Assembly: GCF_963921235.1 (NCBI RefSeq)
Contig: NC_086120.1
Location: 9,114,001-9,178,000, forward strand
Length of the DNA: 64,000 nt
From: Mobula hypostoma
Lineage: Eukaryota
Direction of reading: 5' to 3'
Positions 50,489 to 64,000 of the stretch are shown here, one piece after another. Numbering within the stretch: the first letter of the stretch is position 1; each line of letters opens with the position of its first letter. Below the pieces are notes generated by a model. It had not been told where the DNA came from and made no database searches. It was given only the letters and a program-made list of their open reading frames with translations. The position numbers and the translations under genes were made by a program.

Positions 50489-50794
50489 TTAGTCAAGGAT
50501 CAGAGGGAAGAGTCTGAGAAGACAAGGACATTCCCTTCGAACAGCGATGAGGAGGAATTTCTCTCGCGAGAGGGTGGTGAATCGATGGAATTCATTGCGA
50601 CAGACGGCTGTGTCGGCCAAGTCATTAAGTATACTTAAAGTGGAGGGTGACAGGTACTTGAAAAGTAAACGCGTCGACGCGGATGCGGACAAGGCAGAAG
50701 CAGGGGAATGAGAGGGATAATAAATCAGCCATGATGGAATGGTGGAGTAGATGAGCTGAATGACGTGTTTCTGCTCCTACGTGTTGTGATCTTA
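50489..50794 (+). mobile_element. CR1/HER1 3'-end fragment (copy 2)
   Basis: Duplicate of 25505-25810. Confidence 0.7.
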
Positions 50795-50901
50795 TGGTGG
50801 AATTTATCAAAACACATAATGAGGCCATTCAGCCCATTGGGTCCATGTAGAGCAACCCCATTGGTGCCTGTTCGATTTTCCTCAAACATGCATCAAGTAC
50901 T

Positions 50902-53516
50902 TGTTACCAGGTTTGGATATGGCCCAATTGCGGAGTGAGAGACACTGAAGCAGGTCGATAGTTCACAAACTTTACTGCGAACAGTGTTTGAGGGAAAATA
51001 AACAATAAACGCTTGGCCAAATAGAGCAGTTAACTAAAAATCTCAAATGAGAACCGAAGTCTACACTGCGGCTGAAAAGAAAATCTAAACATTAAACGAA
51101 TACTGCAAAGTCTTCAGAGTCAGTTAACTCGACCAATTTCTCAGCGAAAGGCCGAAAGCAAAACAGACAGCGAAGCGTTAATGTTCTCTGTCCAAGTCTC
51201 GACAAGCACTACGACGACAGGTATGGAGTTCAATACTGTCACGATTAAATAATTAGCTGACACGTGCAAATTCACAAGCACAATTGCTGTATCTACCTCG
51301 CTGCCGCATCCGTGGTTGTGACAGGGCCCTCTTCTCCAAGCGCAGCGCCTGAGGCGCACAGACCTGTGTCCGCTGGAAGTCCCGTATCAGCGATTGGTCC
51401 AAGATGTCCTTCGCCGGTATCCAAGTACGCTATTCTGGGCCATACCCTTCTCAGTCCACAAGGTACTGGACCTTAACACGTACCCAGCGAGATGCCAGGA
51501 GGCGCCACATAGTATAGACAAGGGAACCATCTACCAGGCGGGGAGGAGGGGGATGTGGGGTGAGTGGGGCCAGGGGAGAGGTAGTAAAAGGCTTCAGCTG
51601 GGAAACATGGAATACTGGTGGATCTTCAGTGATGCTGGTAGACGCAGTCTATAGGCACCTTGCTGACAGCCCTTTCCACTACAAACGGTCCCACGTAGCG
51701 CGGTGCCAGTTTCCGGTTCTCGACTTTCAGAAGAAGATCCGTTGATACCAACCAGACCTCCTCTCCTGGCTTGAATGGCCTGACCTGTCGACGGAGCCGA
51801 TCAGCCTGCCGGGAATGCTGTTTCTTGGCGCGCAGCAGAGAAGCCCTGGCTTGTCTCCTGGTGCGCTTGTAGCGCTGAATCAGCTGTTCAGCAGCAGGAA
51901 CTCCCACGTCGGCGCTGGGATCCTTCCTGGCATTCAAAGGGAGACATACCAGTTGGGAGGTCCAGAATGTGGGGCTGGAAGAGGAAAGACAGCGCAGGGT
52001 TGTCTCCAACTCCTGGTTCATTCTCTCCGTCCGGCCAGTAGATTGGGGGTGGAAGCCAGACGAGAGGCTGGCCGTGACTCCAAAAAGAGAGCAGAAACGC
52101 TTCCAAAAGCGGGAAGTGAACCGTGGTCCACGATCAGACAATATGTCTTGAGGGAAGCCATGGAGCCTGAACACGTGTTGAACCATGAGTGTGGCAGTCT
52201 CCCGAGCCGATGGGAGCCTGGGGAGGGCAATGAAGTGGGCAGCCTTGGAAAATCGATCTACAACGACCAAAATGGTGGTGTTTCCATTAGACGAGGGCAG
52301 ACCAGTGATGAAATGTACTGAGAGGTGGGACCAGGGGCGATGGGGCACAGGCAATGGACATAACAGACCCGCAGGACTCTGACGTAATGTCTTGTTTCGA
52401 GCGCAGGTGGGACAGGCAGATACAAAGTCGTGGACATCCTGGGACATAGATGGCCACCAACACTGTCTCTTTATAAACTCCTGAGTCCGTTGAATTCCCG
52501 GATGTCCAGTCAAACGGGAGGAGTGACCCCATTCCAACAATTTGGAACGCACCGCAGCAGGGACAAACAGCCGGTTGGGAGGTCCCCATCCACGCCTGGA
52601 TCTGATTGTTGGGCGGCCCTCACCTCTGCCTCTGTTCCCCAGATCACCGGAGCAGCGATACACGAGCGAGGAAGTATGGGCTCTGGATCGGCATTGTCCT
52701 CAGATCCGTCAAACTGCCGGGAGAAAGCGTCGGCCTTTGTATTCTTGCTGCCGGGACAATAAGTGAGGATGAAATTAAACCGTGTGTACAGAGAGCCCAC
52801 CGGACTTGACCAGAGAGTATCTTAGCATCTGAATATAGGAGAGATTCTTGTGATCTGTTCAGACCAAGAATGGATGCTCTGCCCCCTCCAGCCTGTGTCG
52901 CCGTTCCTCTCGGGCCTCCTTGACAGCTAGAAGCTCCCAGTTCCCAACGTCGTAATTCCTTTCGGCCAGAGTTAAGCGACGGGAAAGAAAGGCACAAGGG
53001 TGCAGCCGGCTATCCACAGACGAGCGCTGAGAGAGGACAGCTCCAATGCCTACATCGGATGCATCCACCTCGATAATGAATGGCCGAGATGGGTCTGGGT
53101 GTTGCAGCAGCGGGGCTGTGTGAAACATCGCTTTAGCTCTGAAAATGTTTGGTCGGCATCGTCCGTCCAATAGAATCCTGCCGAGGTTTTCTTGGTGAGT
53201 GCATTCATTGGAGCCGCGATAGAGTCGGAATTCCGAATGAAGCGGCGATAAAAGTTCGCAAACCCCATGAAACGCCGTACCTGTTTGACTGTAGACGGTT
53301 TGGGCCACCCTGTAACTGCTTGAACTTTACTGGGGTCCATTTGAACACTGGATGGGGTAAGTATATAGCCCAAAAATGGCACCTGGTCTTTATGGAATTC
53401 ACATTTTTCAGGCTTGGCGTACAGGTTGTTTTCAAGAAGGCGTCTGAGTCCTCTCCGAGCATGCTGTACGTGCTCTTGATGAGAGCGGGAAAAGGTAAGG
53501 ATGTCACCTAAATACA
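50902..53516 (-). mobile_element. Element A, chromovirus Gypsy (copy 2)
   Basis: Duplicate at +24984; LTR 50902-51323. Confidence 0.9.
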
Positions 53517-56500
53517 TGTAATTCTCGCTTCGGCAAGCGGCTTAATATAGGGGTGATAGACCCCTGCCCGGCCAAATTTAAGAAATCTCGTTTGAGTGGA
53601 TGCTGCGGGATGTGTCCACTGTTACAAATCAGTACCCCGAAATAACAAACAGTATACAATATGCGATTAAACAATTAAGCTTCATAATTCCTACTTTGAC
53701 AAGAGGGTTAGGAAATAAAACGAAAAAAAGAAACGTGCCCATTCTTATGAAACAGTCTATTGCGCAATGTTGGAGCTCACTGATAAGCCGGTCGTCTACC
53801 ATCGACCTCCTCCGATCGTCGCTGCCCTTCAGACCCTCGCTCCAAGTCCACTCCGTCCGGTGGTCCACCAACTCCATCCATTCGGGTCTACTCTCCTCAT
53901 CTCTCCCCGGCAAAAGACCGCCAAAATCTCTCTTCCAGACTCACAAGAACAAACAGCATGCCAAACACCGTTATCTCCAGTCATAACCCAAACATTGCTT
54001 CTACAGAAAAATCATTACATTATCAGTGAAACCTTACAGCATGTTACACAGCAGTGAAACCCTACAGCATGTCACACTCTCCCCGCCAAATTTAGTCATG
54101 TCCTCGTGACGTTGATATAATTCGCCAACCCTTCTTGCAAAACACAAAGCCCAATCCAGGTGTAAAAGGCAGTGATAAAGCTCCCCAAAACAGTAGGGGT
54201 CACACTCTGTTCTCCTGGTGCTGCGTAGGCCAACTTATCCGGTGGTCTCCTAATTCTCTGAGACCTCCGCGCCCCATCATCTAACTCCTCAGGTTCTGAC
54301 ACTACTGGGGATGCTTCCAGTCTACCTGGCGAGGCCTCCCCGGGTCTATCACTCCAGCCCACCTGCAACTCGGAGCCCTCTGTCCCGTGATCAAACCCTG
54401 CTTCCTCCCCTGCAGAGTCCCGCTGCAACATCGGCTGTCCACAGATCGCCCTTCCCCATTCCCTCCTTCCCCGAACACGTCACCTGTCTCAGTGGGAGAA
54501 GTGTTGGGAGTCTCTTCCTCAATCAATGGGGAGTTAGCGAAAGGCAGCATATGCCACACATCCAGGTCCTCATCCTCCGAATTGGTATCCCTGTCAGGGG
54601 TGGGAGTCCGGCCTAACCTCGCCTGTTGAGGGCCCGGTAGTCACCCCGCGTTTCCGCAGAGTCCTCGTACTAGGTGTAGGCTCCAAGTCGGGCTCTTGGT
54701 CTACCTGCACCTCTTGACCCAGGGACAACAGGTGGTTCTGGTGGAGAATCTTGATAGGCCCATTCCCATCCTTTGGTTTCACCCGAAAAACTGGTAGGTT
54801 TGGCTTCTGACTCTCCACCACATGGGGCGTAGCCGCCCAGCGGTCAGCCAACTTATGCTTTCCAGGTAGCCCCAAATTCCTTATGAGGACTCTGTCTCTC
54901 GACCGCGACCCCAGCTAATTCATAAGCCCTTTTCAACTCTCTTCTTATGTCAGACACATACTTCAGATAAGTCTTCGGTGGTAAGTCACCCTCGTCAGTC
55001 CCAAAACAAAGGTCGTTGGGCAACCTTGCCTCACGTCCGAACATCAGATTATATGGCGAGTACACAGTATCTTCATTTCGTGTACAATTATAACTGTGAA
55101 CCAGATGCCCAATATGTTGACTCCGCCTGTTTTTCTTGCAGATCTCCAGTGTCCCGAGCATGTCAAGCAAGGTCGGATTTAACCTCTCTGGCTGGGGATC
55201 ACCCTGTTGGTGATTGGGCGTGGTCCTCGAACGCGACTCCAAGTATGCCCAGTAACTCACGGATTAGTCTGCTCTCGAAATCCCGTCCCTGATCACGATG
55301 CATTCGCCTGGGAAAGCTATAATAAACGAGATACTTCTCCCATAACATTTTTCCCACCGTAGACGCCCTCTAGTCCTTGGTAGGAAATGTCACAATGGGG
55401 TGCTGGGAACAGACCCAAATGCAAGACACAGACACTGAAATACAAGGAACAGGACATGACTAGAGTAGGGACGTGACAGGATTCAGACCAGGATCAGGGA
55501 CAAGAGCACAGACTTGGGCTAGGGAAAGCGGGACCAGGACTAGAAACCATGGAATAGGAGACAAGGCTTCGACTCCGAGCCCGAGACTGGACAAGGACCC
55601 AGAACCTGGGCCTTGCCTCGGGCTCGGACCCCAGAACCAGGCAAGGACATGACATGGCTTCAGGACAGGACGTGGCTGGGGTCTGAAGGCCTGAGCTCGG
55701 AGACAGGCCGGGGCCCTTGCTCTTGAGCTTGGTTGCAGGCTGGGGTCTTGGGTCTTGAGCTTGGCTTGGGATCCTCGAGGTTTGGGTTCTTGGAGATTGG
55801 CTGCGGGATTGTCGAAGCTTGGGTTCTTGGAGTTCAGCGACAGACTGGGAACCGAACATCAACATAGAGCCGGGACTTATCCTTCGACAAGCCGGGACTC
55901 ATCTGTAACACGACACTGACATGAGACAGGACAGAACATAGACATAGAGCGGGGACTTATCCTAACACAAGCCGGGACTCAACTTCATCTCCACACCAAG
56001 GTGGGAAAGGTCCCTCCTTCAGGTAACAGAACAACGGCCGGACTTACCCAACAGAGGCGAGGACAAGACAAGACAAGACAGGACCCTGCGCAGGGCAACG
56101 GCAGAACGGCCTGACTTACCCCACGGATGCGAGGACAAGACAAGACAGATCCCCCCGCAAGGCAACGGAAAAACAGCCTGGCTTACCCCACGGAAACGAG
56201 GACAAGAAGAGACTAAAGAACGACAGACAATTCCATCTCTGCTCCGGGGAAGCTCCGAGTCTCAGTTCAGCCAGGAACCTCAGCTGGCTAAGGAAACAGC
56301 TGGATCCCTACCTAGCTCGGAGTGGCTGGCAACCACTCAGCTGGCCCAGGAAACAACCGAATGCATACCGCAAACACTATTCCAACGAGTGGCAACAAGG
56401 CTCCATGAAGCGGTGGTCCTCCAACTAGGTCTAGAGATCATGAAAGGTTTCACTAGTCTTCCATCAGCAGGTTGCTCGAAAGGGGACTGACAAGACAAAC

Positions 56501-59500
56501 CAGAAGCCCACACTCAACCCCAAGGCTACTTATATTGAAAGCCCCAAGATGGGAATCAGATGTCTATGCTTAACTCAATCAAACGAGGGACAGCTGGAAG
56601 ACCCGGAGTCCTGAGTCCACGGACCGGACCGTGAACAGGAATGAGGACTTCACGGACCAGACCATGATAGGAAAAGCCAGAGTATATCTGGTGTTGTGGT
56701 CCGTGATTACCAAGACATTCGCCGTGTTGCTGGCATCAGGTTTTATTGACAGGAAACCCATACACACCAGGTCCAGAGGCCCCGCATTCTGCAGGTGGGA
56801 CAGGAGAGCTGCCCGCGTAGGCAGTGTATTCCGCCGTATGCATCGAATGCATGACTTGCAGTCTTCTTCGACCTCCGACTTCATTCGGGGCCAGTAAAAC
56901 CGGTCTCTGAGTGATCCATAGGTCTTTCCCACCCCCAAATGTCCAGAATCATCATGAAGTGACTTCACCGCCATCCTCCAATACTTCTCGGGCAGAACCA
57001 GCTGGCAACGCCGGGGTCGGTCTGGGGGTGACGTGACCCGGTATAGGATCTGGATCTTCAACTCCAACCGAGGCCATTCTCGTAGTAATGGAGGCACCGA
57101 CGCGTGTTTCGTCCTCTCCGCCTGAGCCATGTCTCTCTTTTCGACCGCCGCCTAATTGGTACCAATGCCCGGATCATCTCGCTGAGCAGCAGCCACTTCC
57201 CCAGAACTCAATTCCGGCCGCTGATCTGTCTTCAGAACAGTCAGGTTACAATAAACTTGGGGTGGCGTCATCAGAAGCCCCCAATTGATCCACCGCTCGC
57301 TCTTGCCCCTCCTTTTCCTCTGCCTTCACGGTGATGGCAAAGTGCACAGGGCCTTCACCCCCAGGGCAGGGACGCTCTCTCACTCCTCGGTCCTGACCAC
57401 TCCCTCGTCCGCCCGTCGGGACAAAGCATCATCATCGACGTTCCTGCTTCCCGGCCGGTACTTCAGGCTGAAATCATAGGCAGACATCCTCGCCAACCAC
57501 CGATGGGTGTGGCATCCAGTTTCGCCGAGGTCAGGATATAAGTTAGGGGGTTGTTGTCCGTCCTCACCTCAAACTTGGCCCCGTAGAGGTCGTCACTCAG
57601 CTTATCCACCACCGCCATTTCAACGCCAGAAATTCCAACTTGTGCGTGGGATAGTTTTTCTCGGAGGGCGACAGACTCCGTCTGACAAACGTCACAGGCC
57701 ACAACCCGGAGCCCTGACCCTGATACACGACGCCCCCAGACCCTCTCGTCTGGCAAAATTTCTAGTACATACGGTAATCGAGGGTCCGCAAAAGCCAGAA
57801 CTGGCGCCTGGGTCAGCAGCTCCTTCAGCGACTGAAGGCCTCCTCACATTTTGCATCCCACCTCGGTCCAAAGGGCTCTGACGGGCTATGATAGTCTCCA
57901 CCCTCTTGTCCATTTTTCCCCTCTTTTTCCTCCCCAAGGGAGGGTAACTGCACAGAAGCTGATTGAAAGGGTGTCTCACTTTCACGTAGCCTTCCACAAA
58001 CCCCTGATAGTAACCACAGAACCTGAGGAACGAGCGCAGAGTGCTGACAGTCTGGGGTTTCGCCAATTGGTAATCGCCTCGATCTTAGCTGGGTCTAAAC
58101 TACCCCATTCCGTGAGACTATGTGCCCAACGTAGCTAAACAGACGTTTGGCAGAACTGGCACTTGCCAAGTGAAAGCTTTAATGCTTCAGCTTTCAGACG
58201 GCCCAGCACCTTCAGCAGCCTCGCTTAATGTTTTTCCAAGGTGGATTCAAATACTATGAGGTCATTCAGAGATACCACTACCTCAAGCAAGTTCATATCC
58301 CCCACCGTCTTCTCCATGACCCACTGGAAGGTTGCAGGAGCTCCCGAAATGCCCTGGGGCATCCTTCCGAACTGGCAAAATCCCGGAGGAAATATAAATG
58401 CCGTTTTTCCTTTGTCGGCCTCACTCATGGAGATCTGGAAATATCCACTCCTCAAGTCCAGCACAGTGAACCACTTCACACCACTCAGGCAGACCAGCGC
58501 GTCTTCAATCCTCGGGACAGTATCCTGGTCAGGGATGGTGCGCCTGTTCAGAGTCCTATAGTTTACACACATCCGTACCTTCCCATTCATCTTCTGGGGA
58601 CGCATCGGGGCTTCGGGACTCGGTGGTGATCCCAGCTTCATTCAACTTACACAAATGCTGCCGAATGTCCTCCAGCTGTGCAGGGGCCAGCCGCCGCGAC
58701 CTTTCTCTGAACGGGGTATCCTCAGTCACCTGGATAGTGTGACGCGTGCTCTTGGAACAACCCACATCAAACTCGTCAGTGGAAAATACACCTTCCAGCT
58801 TAAACGCCTTCTCTACCAACCTCCTCTTCCAATCCGCAGGAACCCGGGAGTTCCCGAAGTTGAATGACTCAGCCGTCAACGTTCCCCCCTTTTCCAATAG
58901 TTTCTCTGCGGCGTGACTCACAGGGGCACTAGACAATACCATCACTGCAAACAAATGCACCAGGGGCATCCCCCGCTTGAAGGTCACCTCCGTCTTCGTA
59001 GAGTTCCTGACAATCACTGCCATCCTGCTTGCCTGTACAACCGAGGGCTTCTGCGATTCGGGCCTCACTAGTACCCCAGCAGGAAATCCTGACTCCCGCT
59101 CGTGGTCTTCCGGTGTGTCCACTGAGAGGGCACTCCTGGAAATTTGGGGGTCCCCATCACTCTCGTCACTTCCCCGGGCCGTACTACCATTGGCATCGAC
59201 TGGGTGAACCACACAGTCCCTCGTCTAAATTCGATATCCGGCCTGATGCAGCAACGCACTTCCTCAAAAGCAGTTCGAAACACCGGGTGCACGGACAATG
59301 TTCCCAGAAAGCTCTCGCCAGCCTTCTCCTTGCAGGCCCTCATGAGCCTCTTCACAAGAGGGGTGTTGGTCCCCACCAGAATTGAAACGCCGCCCTTCTC
59401 AATGTGGTCCGGACAAACCAGCACCAATGTATCAAGGACCTCAGACACTCCCATATCGGCTTGCGAGAACTCCAACTTGACTGACAAATTACCGTCGTAT

Positions 59501-59654
59501 GGATAATCACTAGCACTAAGCCCACAGATCTCCAGTGCCCTGAATAGTGTCAATGGTAAATGCTTCAGGTACCGGTTGTAAAACGAACGGTGCAATAGCG
59601 TGACCTGTGACCCGGTGTCGAGTATGGTTTTAGCATAAATACCCTCTATTCGTA
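53517..59654 (-). mobile_element. Element B, Gypsy pol + 3' LTR (copy 2)
   Basis: Duplicate at +24984; LTR 53517-54076. Confidence 0.9.
55388..56669. mobile_element. Element C solo LTR (copy 2)
   Basis: Duplicate with the GGAAA TSD on both sides. Confidence 0.88.
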
Positions 59655-62600
59655 GCTTGGCTGCGGGATCATCGAGGCTAGGGTACGGAGCTTGGCTGCG
59701 GGATCATCGAGGCTGGGGTACGGAGCTTGGCTGCGGGATCATCGAGGCTAGGGTACGGAGCTTGGCTGCGGGATCATCGAGGCTGGGGTACGGAGCTTGG
59801 CTGCGGGATCATCGAGGCTGGGGTACCGGAGCTTGGCTGCGGGATCATCGAGGCTGGGGTACGGAGCTTGGCTGCGGGATCATCGAGGCTGGGGTACGGA
59901 GCTTGGCTGCGGGATCATCGAGGTTGGGGTAATTGGAGCTTCGCTGCGGGATCATCGAGGCTGGGATACGGAGCTTGGCTGCGGGATCATCGAGGCTGGC
60001 GTACGGAGCTTGGCTGCGGGATCATGGAGGCTGGGGTACGGAGCTTGGCTGCGGGATCATCGAGGCTGGGGTACGGAGCTTGGCTGCGGGATCATCGGGG
60101 CTGGGGTACGGAGCTTGGCTGCGGGATCATCGAGGCTGGTGTACGGAGCTTGGCTGCGGCATCACCGAGGCTGGGGTACGGAGCTTGGCTGCGGGATCAT
60201 CGAGGCTGGGGTACGGAGCTTGGCTACGGAATCACCGAGGCTGGGGTACGGAGCTTGGCTGCGGGATCATCGAGGCTGGGGTACTTGGAGATTAGCTGCG
60301 GGATCATCGAGGCTGGGGTACGGAGCTTGGCTGCGGGATCATCGAGGCTGGGGTACGGAACTTGGCTGCGGGATCATCGAGGCTGGGGTTCTTGTAGCTT
60401 GGCTGCGGAATCATCGAGGCTGGGGTACTTGGAGCTCGGCTGCGGGGTTTTCGAGGCTTGGAGCTTGGCTGCGGGATCTTCAAGCTTGGGTTCTTGGAGC
60501 TTGGCTGCGGGATCTTCAAGCTTGGGTTCTTGGAGCTCGGCTGCGGGGTCTTCGAGGCTTGGAGCTTGGCTGCGGGATCTTCAAGCTTGGGTTCTTGGAG
60601 CTTGGCTGCGGGATCATGGAGGCTGGGGTACGGAGCTTGGCTGCGGGATCATCGAGGCTGGGGTACGGAGCTTGGCTGCTGGATCATCGAGGCTGGGGTA
60701 CGGAGCTTGGCTGCGGGATCATCGAGGCTGGGGTACGGAGCCTGGCTGCGGGATCATCGAGGCTGGGGTACTGAGCTTGGCTGCGGGATCATCGAGGCTG
60801 GGGTACGGAGCTTGGCTGCGGGATCATCGAGGCTGGGGTACGGAGCTTGGCTGCGGGATCATCGAGGCTGGGGTACTTGGAGCTTGGCTACGGGATCATC
60901 GAGGCTGGGGTACTTGGAGCTTCGCTGCGGGATCATCGAGGCTGGGGTACGGAGCTTGGCTGCGGTATCATCGAGGCTGGGGTACTTGGAGCTTCGCTAC
61001 GGGATCATCGAGGCTGGGGTACGGAGCTTCGCTGAGGGATCATCGAGGCTGGGGTACGGAGCTTGGCTGCGGGATCATCGAGGCTGGGGTACTGAGCTTG
61101 GCTGCGCGATCATCGAGGCTGGGGTACGGAGCTTGGCTGCGGGATCATCGAGGCTGCGGTACTGAGCTTGGCTGCGGGATCATCGAGGCTGGGGTACGGA
61201 CCTTGGCTGCGGGATCATCGAGGCTGGGGTACGGAGCTTGGCTGCGGGATCATCGAGGCTGGGGTACGGAGCTTGGCTGCGGGATCATCGAGGCTGGGGT
61301 ACGGAGCTTCGCTGCGGGATCATCGAGGCTGGGGTACGGAGCTTGGCTGCGGGATCATCGAGGCTGGGGTACGGAGCTTGGCTGCGGGATCATCGAGGCT
61401 GGGGTACGGAGCTTGGCTGCGGGATCATCGAGGCTGGGGTACGGAGCTTGGCTGCGGGATCATCGAGGCTGGGGTACTTGGAGCTTCGCTGCGGGATCAT
61501 CGAGGCTGGGGTACTTGGAGCTTGGCTGCGGGATCATCGAGGCTGGGGTACGGAGCTTGGCTGCGGGATCATCGAGGCTGGGGTACTGAGCTTGGCTGCG
61601 GGATCATCGAGGCTGGGGTACGGAGCTTGGCTGCGGGATCATCGAGGCTGGGGTACGGAGCTTGGCTGCGGGATCATCGAGGCTGGGGTACGGAGCTTGG
61701 CTGCGGGATCATCGAGGCTGGGGTACGGAGCTTAGCTGCGGGATCATCGAGGCTGGGGTACGGAGCTTGGCTGCGGGATCATCGAGGCTGGGGTACTTGG
61801 AGCTTCGCTGCGGGATCATCGAGGCTGGGGTACGGAGCTTGGCTGCGGGATCATCGAGGCTGGGGTACTGAGCTTGGCTGCGGGATCATCGAGGCTAGGG
61901 TACGGAGCTTGGCTGCGGGATCATCGAGGCTGGGGTACGGAGCTTGGCTGCGGGATCATCGAGGCTGGGGTACGGAGCTTGGCTGCGGGATCATCGAGGC
62001 TGGGGTACGGAGCTTGGCTGCGGGATCATCGAGGCTGGGGTACGGAGCTTGGCTGCGGGATCATCGAGGCTGGGGTACGGAGCTTGGCTGCGGGATCATC
62101 GAGGCTGGGGTACTCAGCTTGGCTGCGGGATCATCGAGGCTGGGGTACGGAGCTTGGCTACGGGATCATCGAGGCTGGGGTACGGAGCTTGGCTGCGGGA
62201 TCATCGAGGCTGGGGTACGGAGCTTGGCTGCGGGATCATCGAGGCTGGAGTACGGAGCTTGGCTGCGGGATCATCGAGGCTGGGGTACTGAGCTTGGCTG
62301 CGGGATCATCGAGGCTGGGGTACGGAGCTTGGCTGCGGGATCATCGAGGCTGGGGTACGGAGCTTGGCTGCGGGATCATCGAGGCTGGGGTACGGAGCTT
62401 GGCTGCGGGATCATCGAGGCTGGGGTACTTGGAGCTTGGCTGCGGGATCATCGAGGCTGGGGTACTTGGAGCTTGGCTACGGGATCATCGAGGCTGGGGT
62501 ACTTGGAGCTTGGCTGCGGGATCATCGAGGCTGGGGTACTTGGATCTTGGCTACGGGATCATCGAGGCTGGGGTACTTGGAGCTTCGCTGCGGGATCATC

Positions 62601-64000
62601 GAGGCTCGGGTACGGAGCTTGGCTGCGGGATCATCGAGGCTGGGGTACTTAGAGCTTCGCTACGGGATCATCGAGGCTGGGGTACGGAGCTTCGCTGCGG
62701 GATCATCGAGGCTGGGGTACGGAGCTTGGCTGCGGGATCATCGAGGCTGGGGTACTGAACTTGGCTGCGGGATCATCGAGGCTGGGGTACGGAGCTTGGC
62801 TGCGGGATCATCGAGGCTGGGGTACGGAGCTTGGCTGCGGGATCATCGTGGCTGGGGTACGGAGCTTGGCTGCGGGATCATCGAGGCTGGGGTACGGAGC
62901 TTGGCTGCGGAATCATCGAGGCTGGGGTACGGAGCTTGGCTGCGGGATCATCGAGGCTGGGGTACGGAGCTTGGCTGCGGGATCATCGAGGCTGGGGTAC
63001 GGAGCTTGGCTGCGGGATCATCGAGGCTGGGGTACGGAGCTTGGCTGCGGGATCATCGAGGCTGGGGTACGGAGCTTGGCTGCGGGATCATCGAGGCTGG
63101 GGTACGGAGCTTGGCTGCGGGATCATCGAGGCTGGGGTACTTGGAGCTTCGCTGCGGGATCATCGAGGCTGGGGTACTTGGAGCTTGGCTGCGGGATCAT
63201 CGAGGCTGGGGTACGGAGCTTGGCTGCGGGATCATCGAGGCTGGGGTACGGAGCTTGGCTGCGGAATCATCGAGGCTGGGGTACGGAGCTTGGCTGCGGG
63301 ATCATCGAGGCTGGGGTACGGAGCTTGGCTGCGGGATCATCGAGGCTGGGGTACGGAGCTTGGCTGCGGGATCATCGAGGCTGGGGTACGGAGCTTGGCT
63401 GCGGGATCATCGAGGCTGGGGTACGGAGCTTGGCTGCGGGATCATCGAGGCTGGGGTACGGAGCTTGGCTGCGGGATCATCGAGGCTGGGGTACTTGGAG
63501 CTTCGCTGCGGGATCATCGAGGCTGGGGTACTTGGAGCTTGGCTGCGGGATCATCGAGGCTGGGGTACGGAGCTTGGCTGCGGAATCATCGAGGCTGGGG
63601 TACGGAGCTTGGCTGCGGGATCATCGAGGCTAGGGTACTTGGAGCTTCGCTGCGGGATCATCGAGGCTGGGGTACTTGGAGCTTGGCTGCGGGATCATCG
63701 AGGCTGGGGTACGGAGCTTGGCTGCGGGATCATCGAGGCTGGGGTACTCAGCTTGGCTGCGGGATCATCGAGGCTGGGGTACGGAGCTTGGCTGCGGGAT
63801 CATCGAGGCTGGGGTACGGAGCTTGGCTGCCGGATCATCGAGGCTGGGGTACGGAGCTTGGCTGCGGGATCATCGAGGCTGGGGTACGGAGCTTGGCTGC
63901 GGGATCATCGAGGCTGGGGTACGGAGCTTGGCTGCGGGATCATCGAGGCTGGGGTACGGAGCTTGGCTGCGGGATCATCGAGGCTGGGGTACTAAGCTTG
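59655..64000 (+). repeat. 35/37-bp tandem array (copy 2), open-ended at the window edge
   Basis: Same junction (tattcgta|gcttggctgc) and same unit. Confidence 0.99.

Larger units (their letters stand above)
46270..64000. repeat. Duplicated unit, copy 2 (runs off the window end)
   Basis: 46272 aligns to 21289; same order of Ig gene, LTR stack and array. Confidence 0.97.

Noticed and set aside
34671-64000. CRISPR-like array
   Set aside because: The units are head-to-tail with no unique spacers, there are no cas genes, and the context is vertebrate.

Overview
Vertebrate DNA, inferred to be from a cartilaginous fish (possibly a ray) on the basis of the Ig light-chain cluster layout and the repeat families. 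Positions 1-21 kb are a field of decayed transposons: CR1, Rex1/Babar, Penelope, R4/Dong-like, Tx1/L1, hAT and Gypsy gag. From 21289 the window holds two near-identical ~25-kb units (offset 24983-24984 bp), each starting right after an N gap. Each unit contains: (i) a sigma-type immunoglobulin light-chain gene with V and J already joined in frame and no RSS (leader, VJ exon, C exon, polyA), whose 45-nt leader exon is one T short of frame in both copies; (ii) a nested stack of three LTR elements: a chromovirus Gypsy, interrupted by a second Gypsy, interrupted by a solo LTR with a 5-bp TSD; (iii) a G-rich 35/37-bp tandem array (>11 kb in copy 1) with kb-scale higher-order duplications. The array monomer matches a short internal repeat in the solo LTR (32/37 identity), pointing to an LTR-born satellite. 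The long + strand ORFs in the array are artefacts of a stop-free 35-mer. Whether the two units are a real tandem duplication or two haplotypes cannot be settled from sequence alone.
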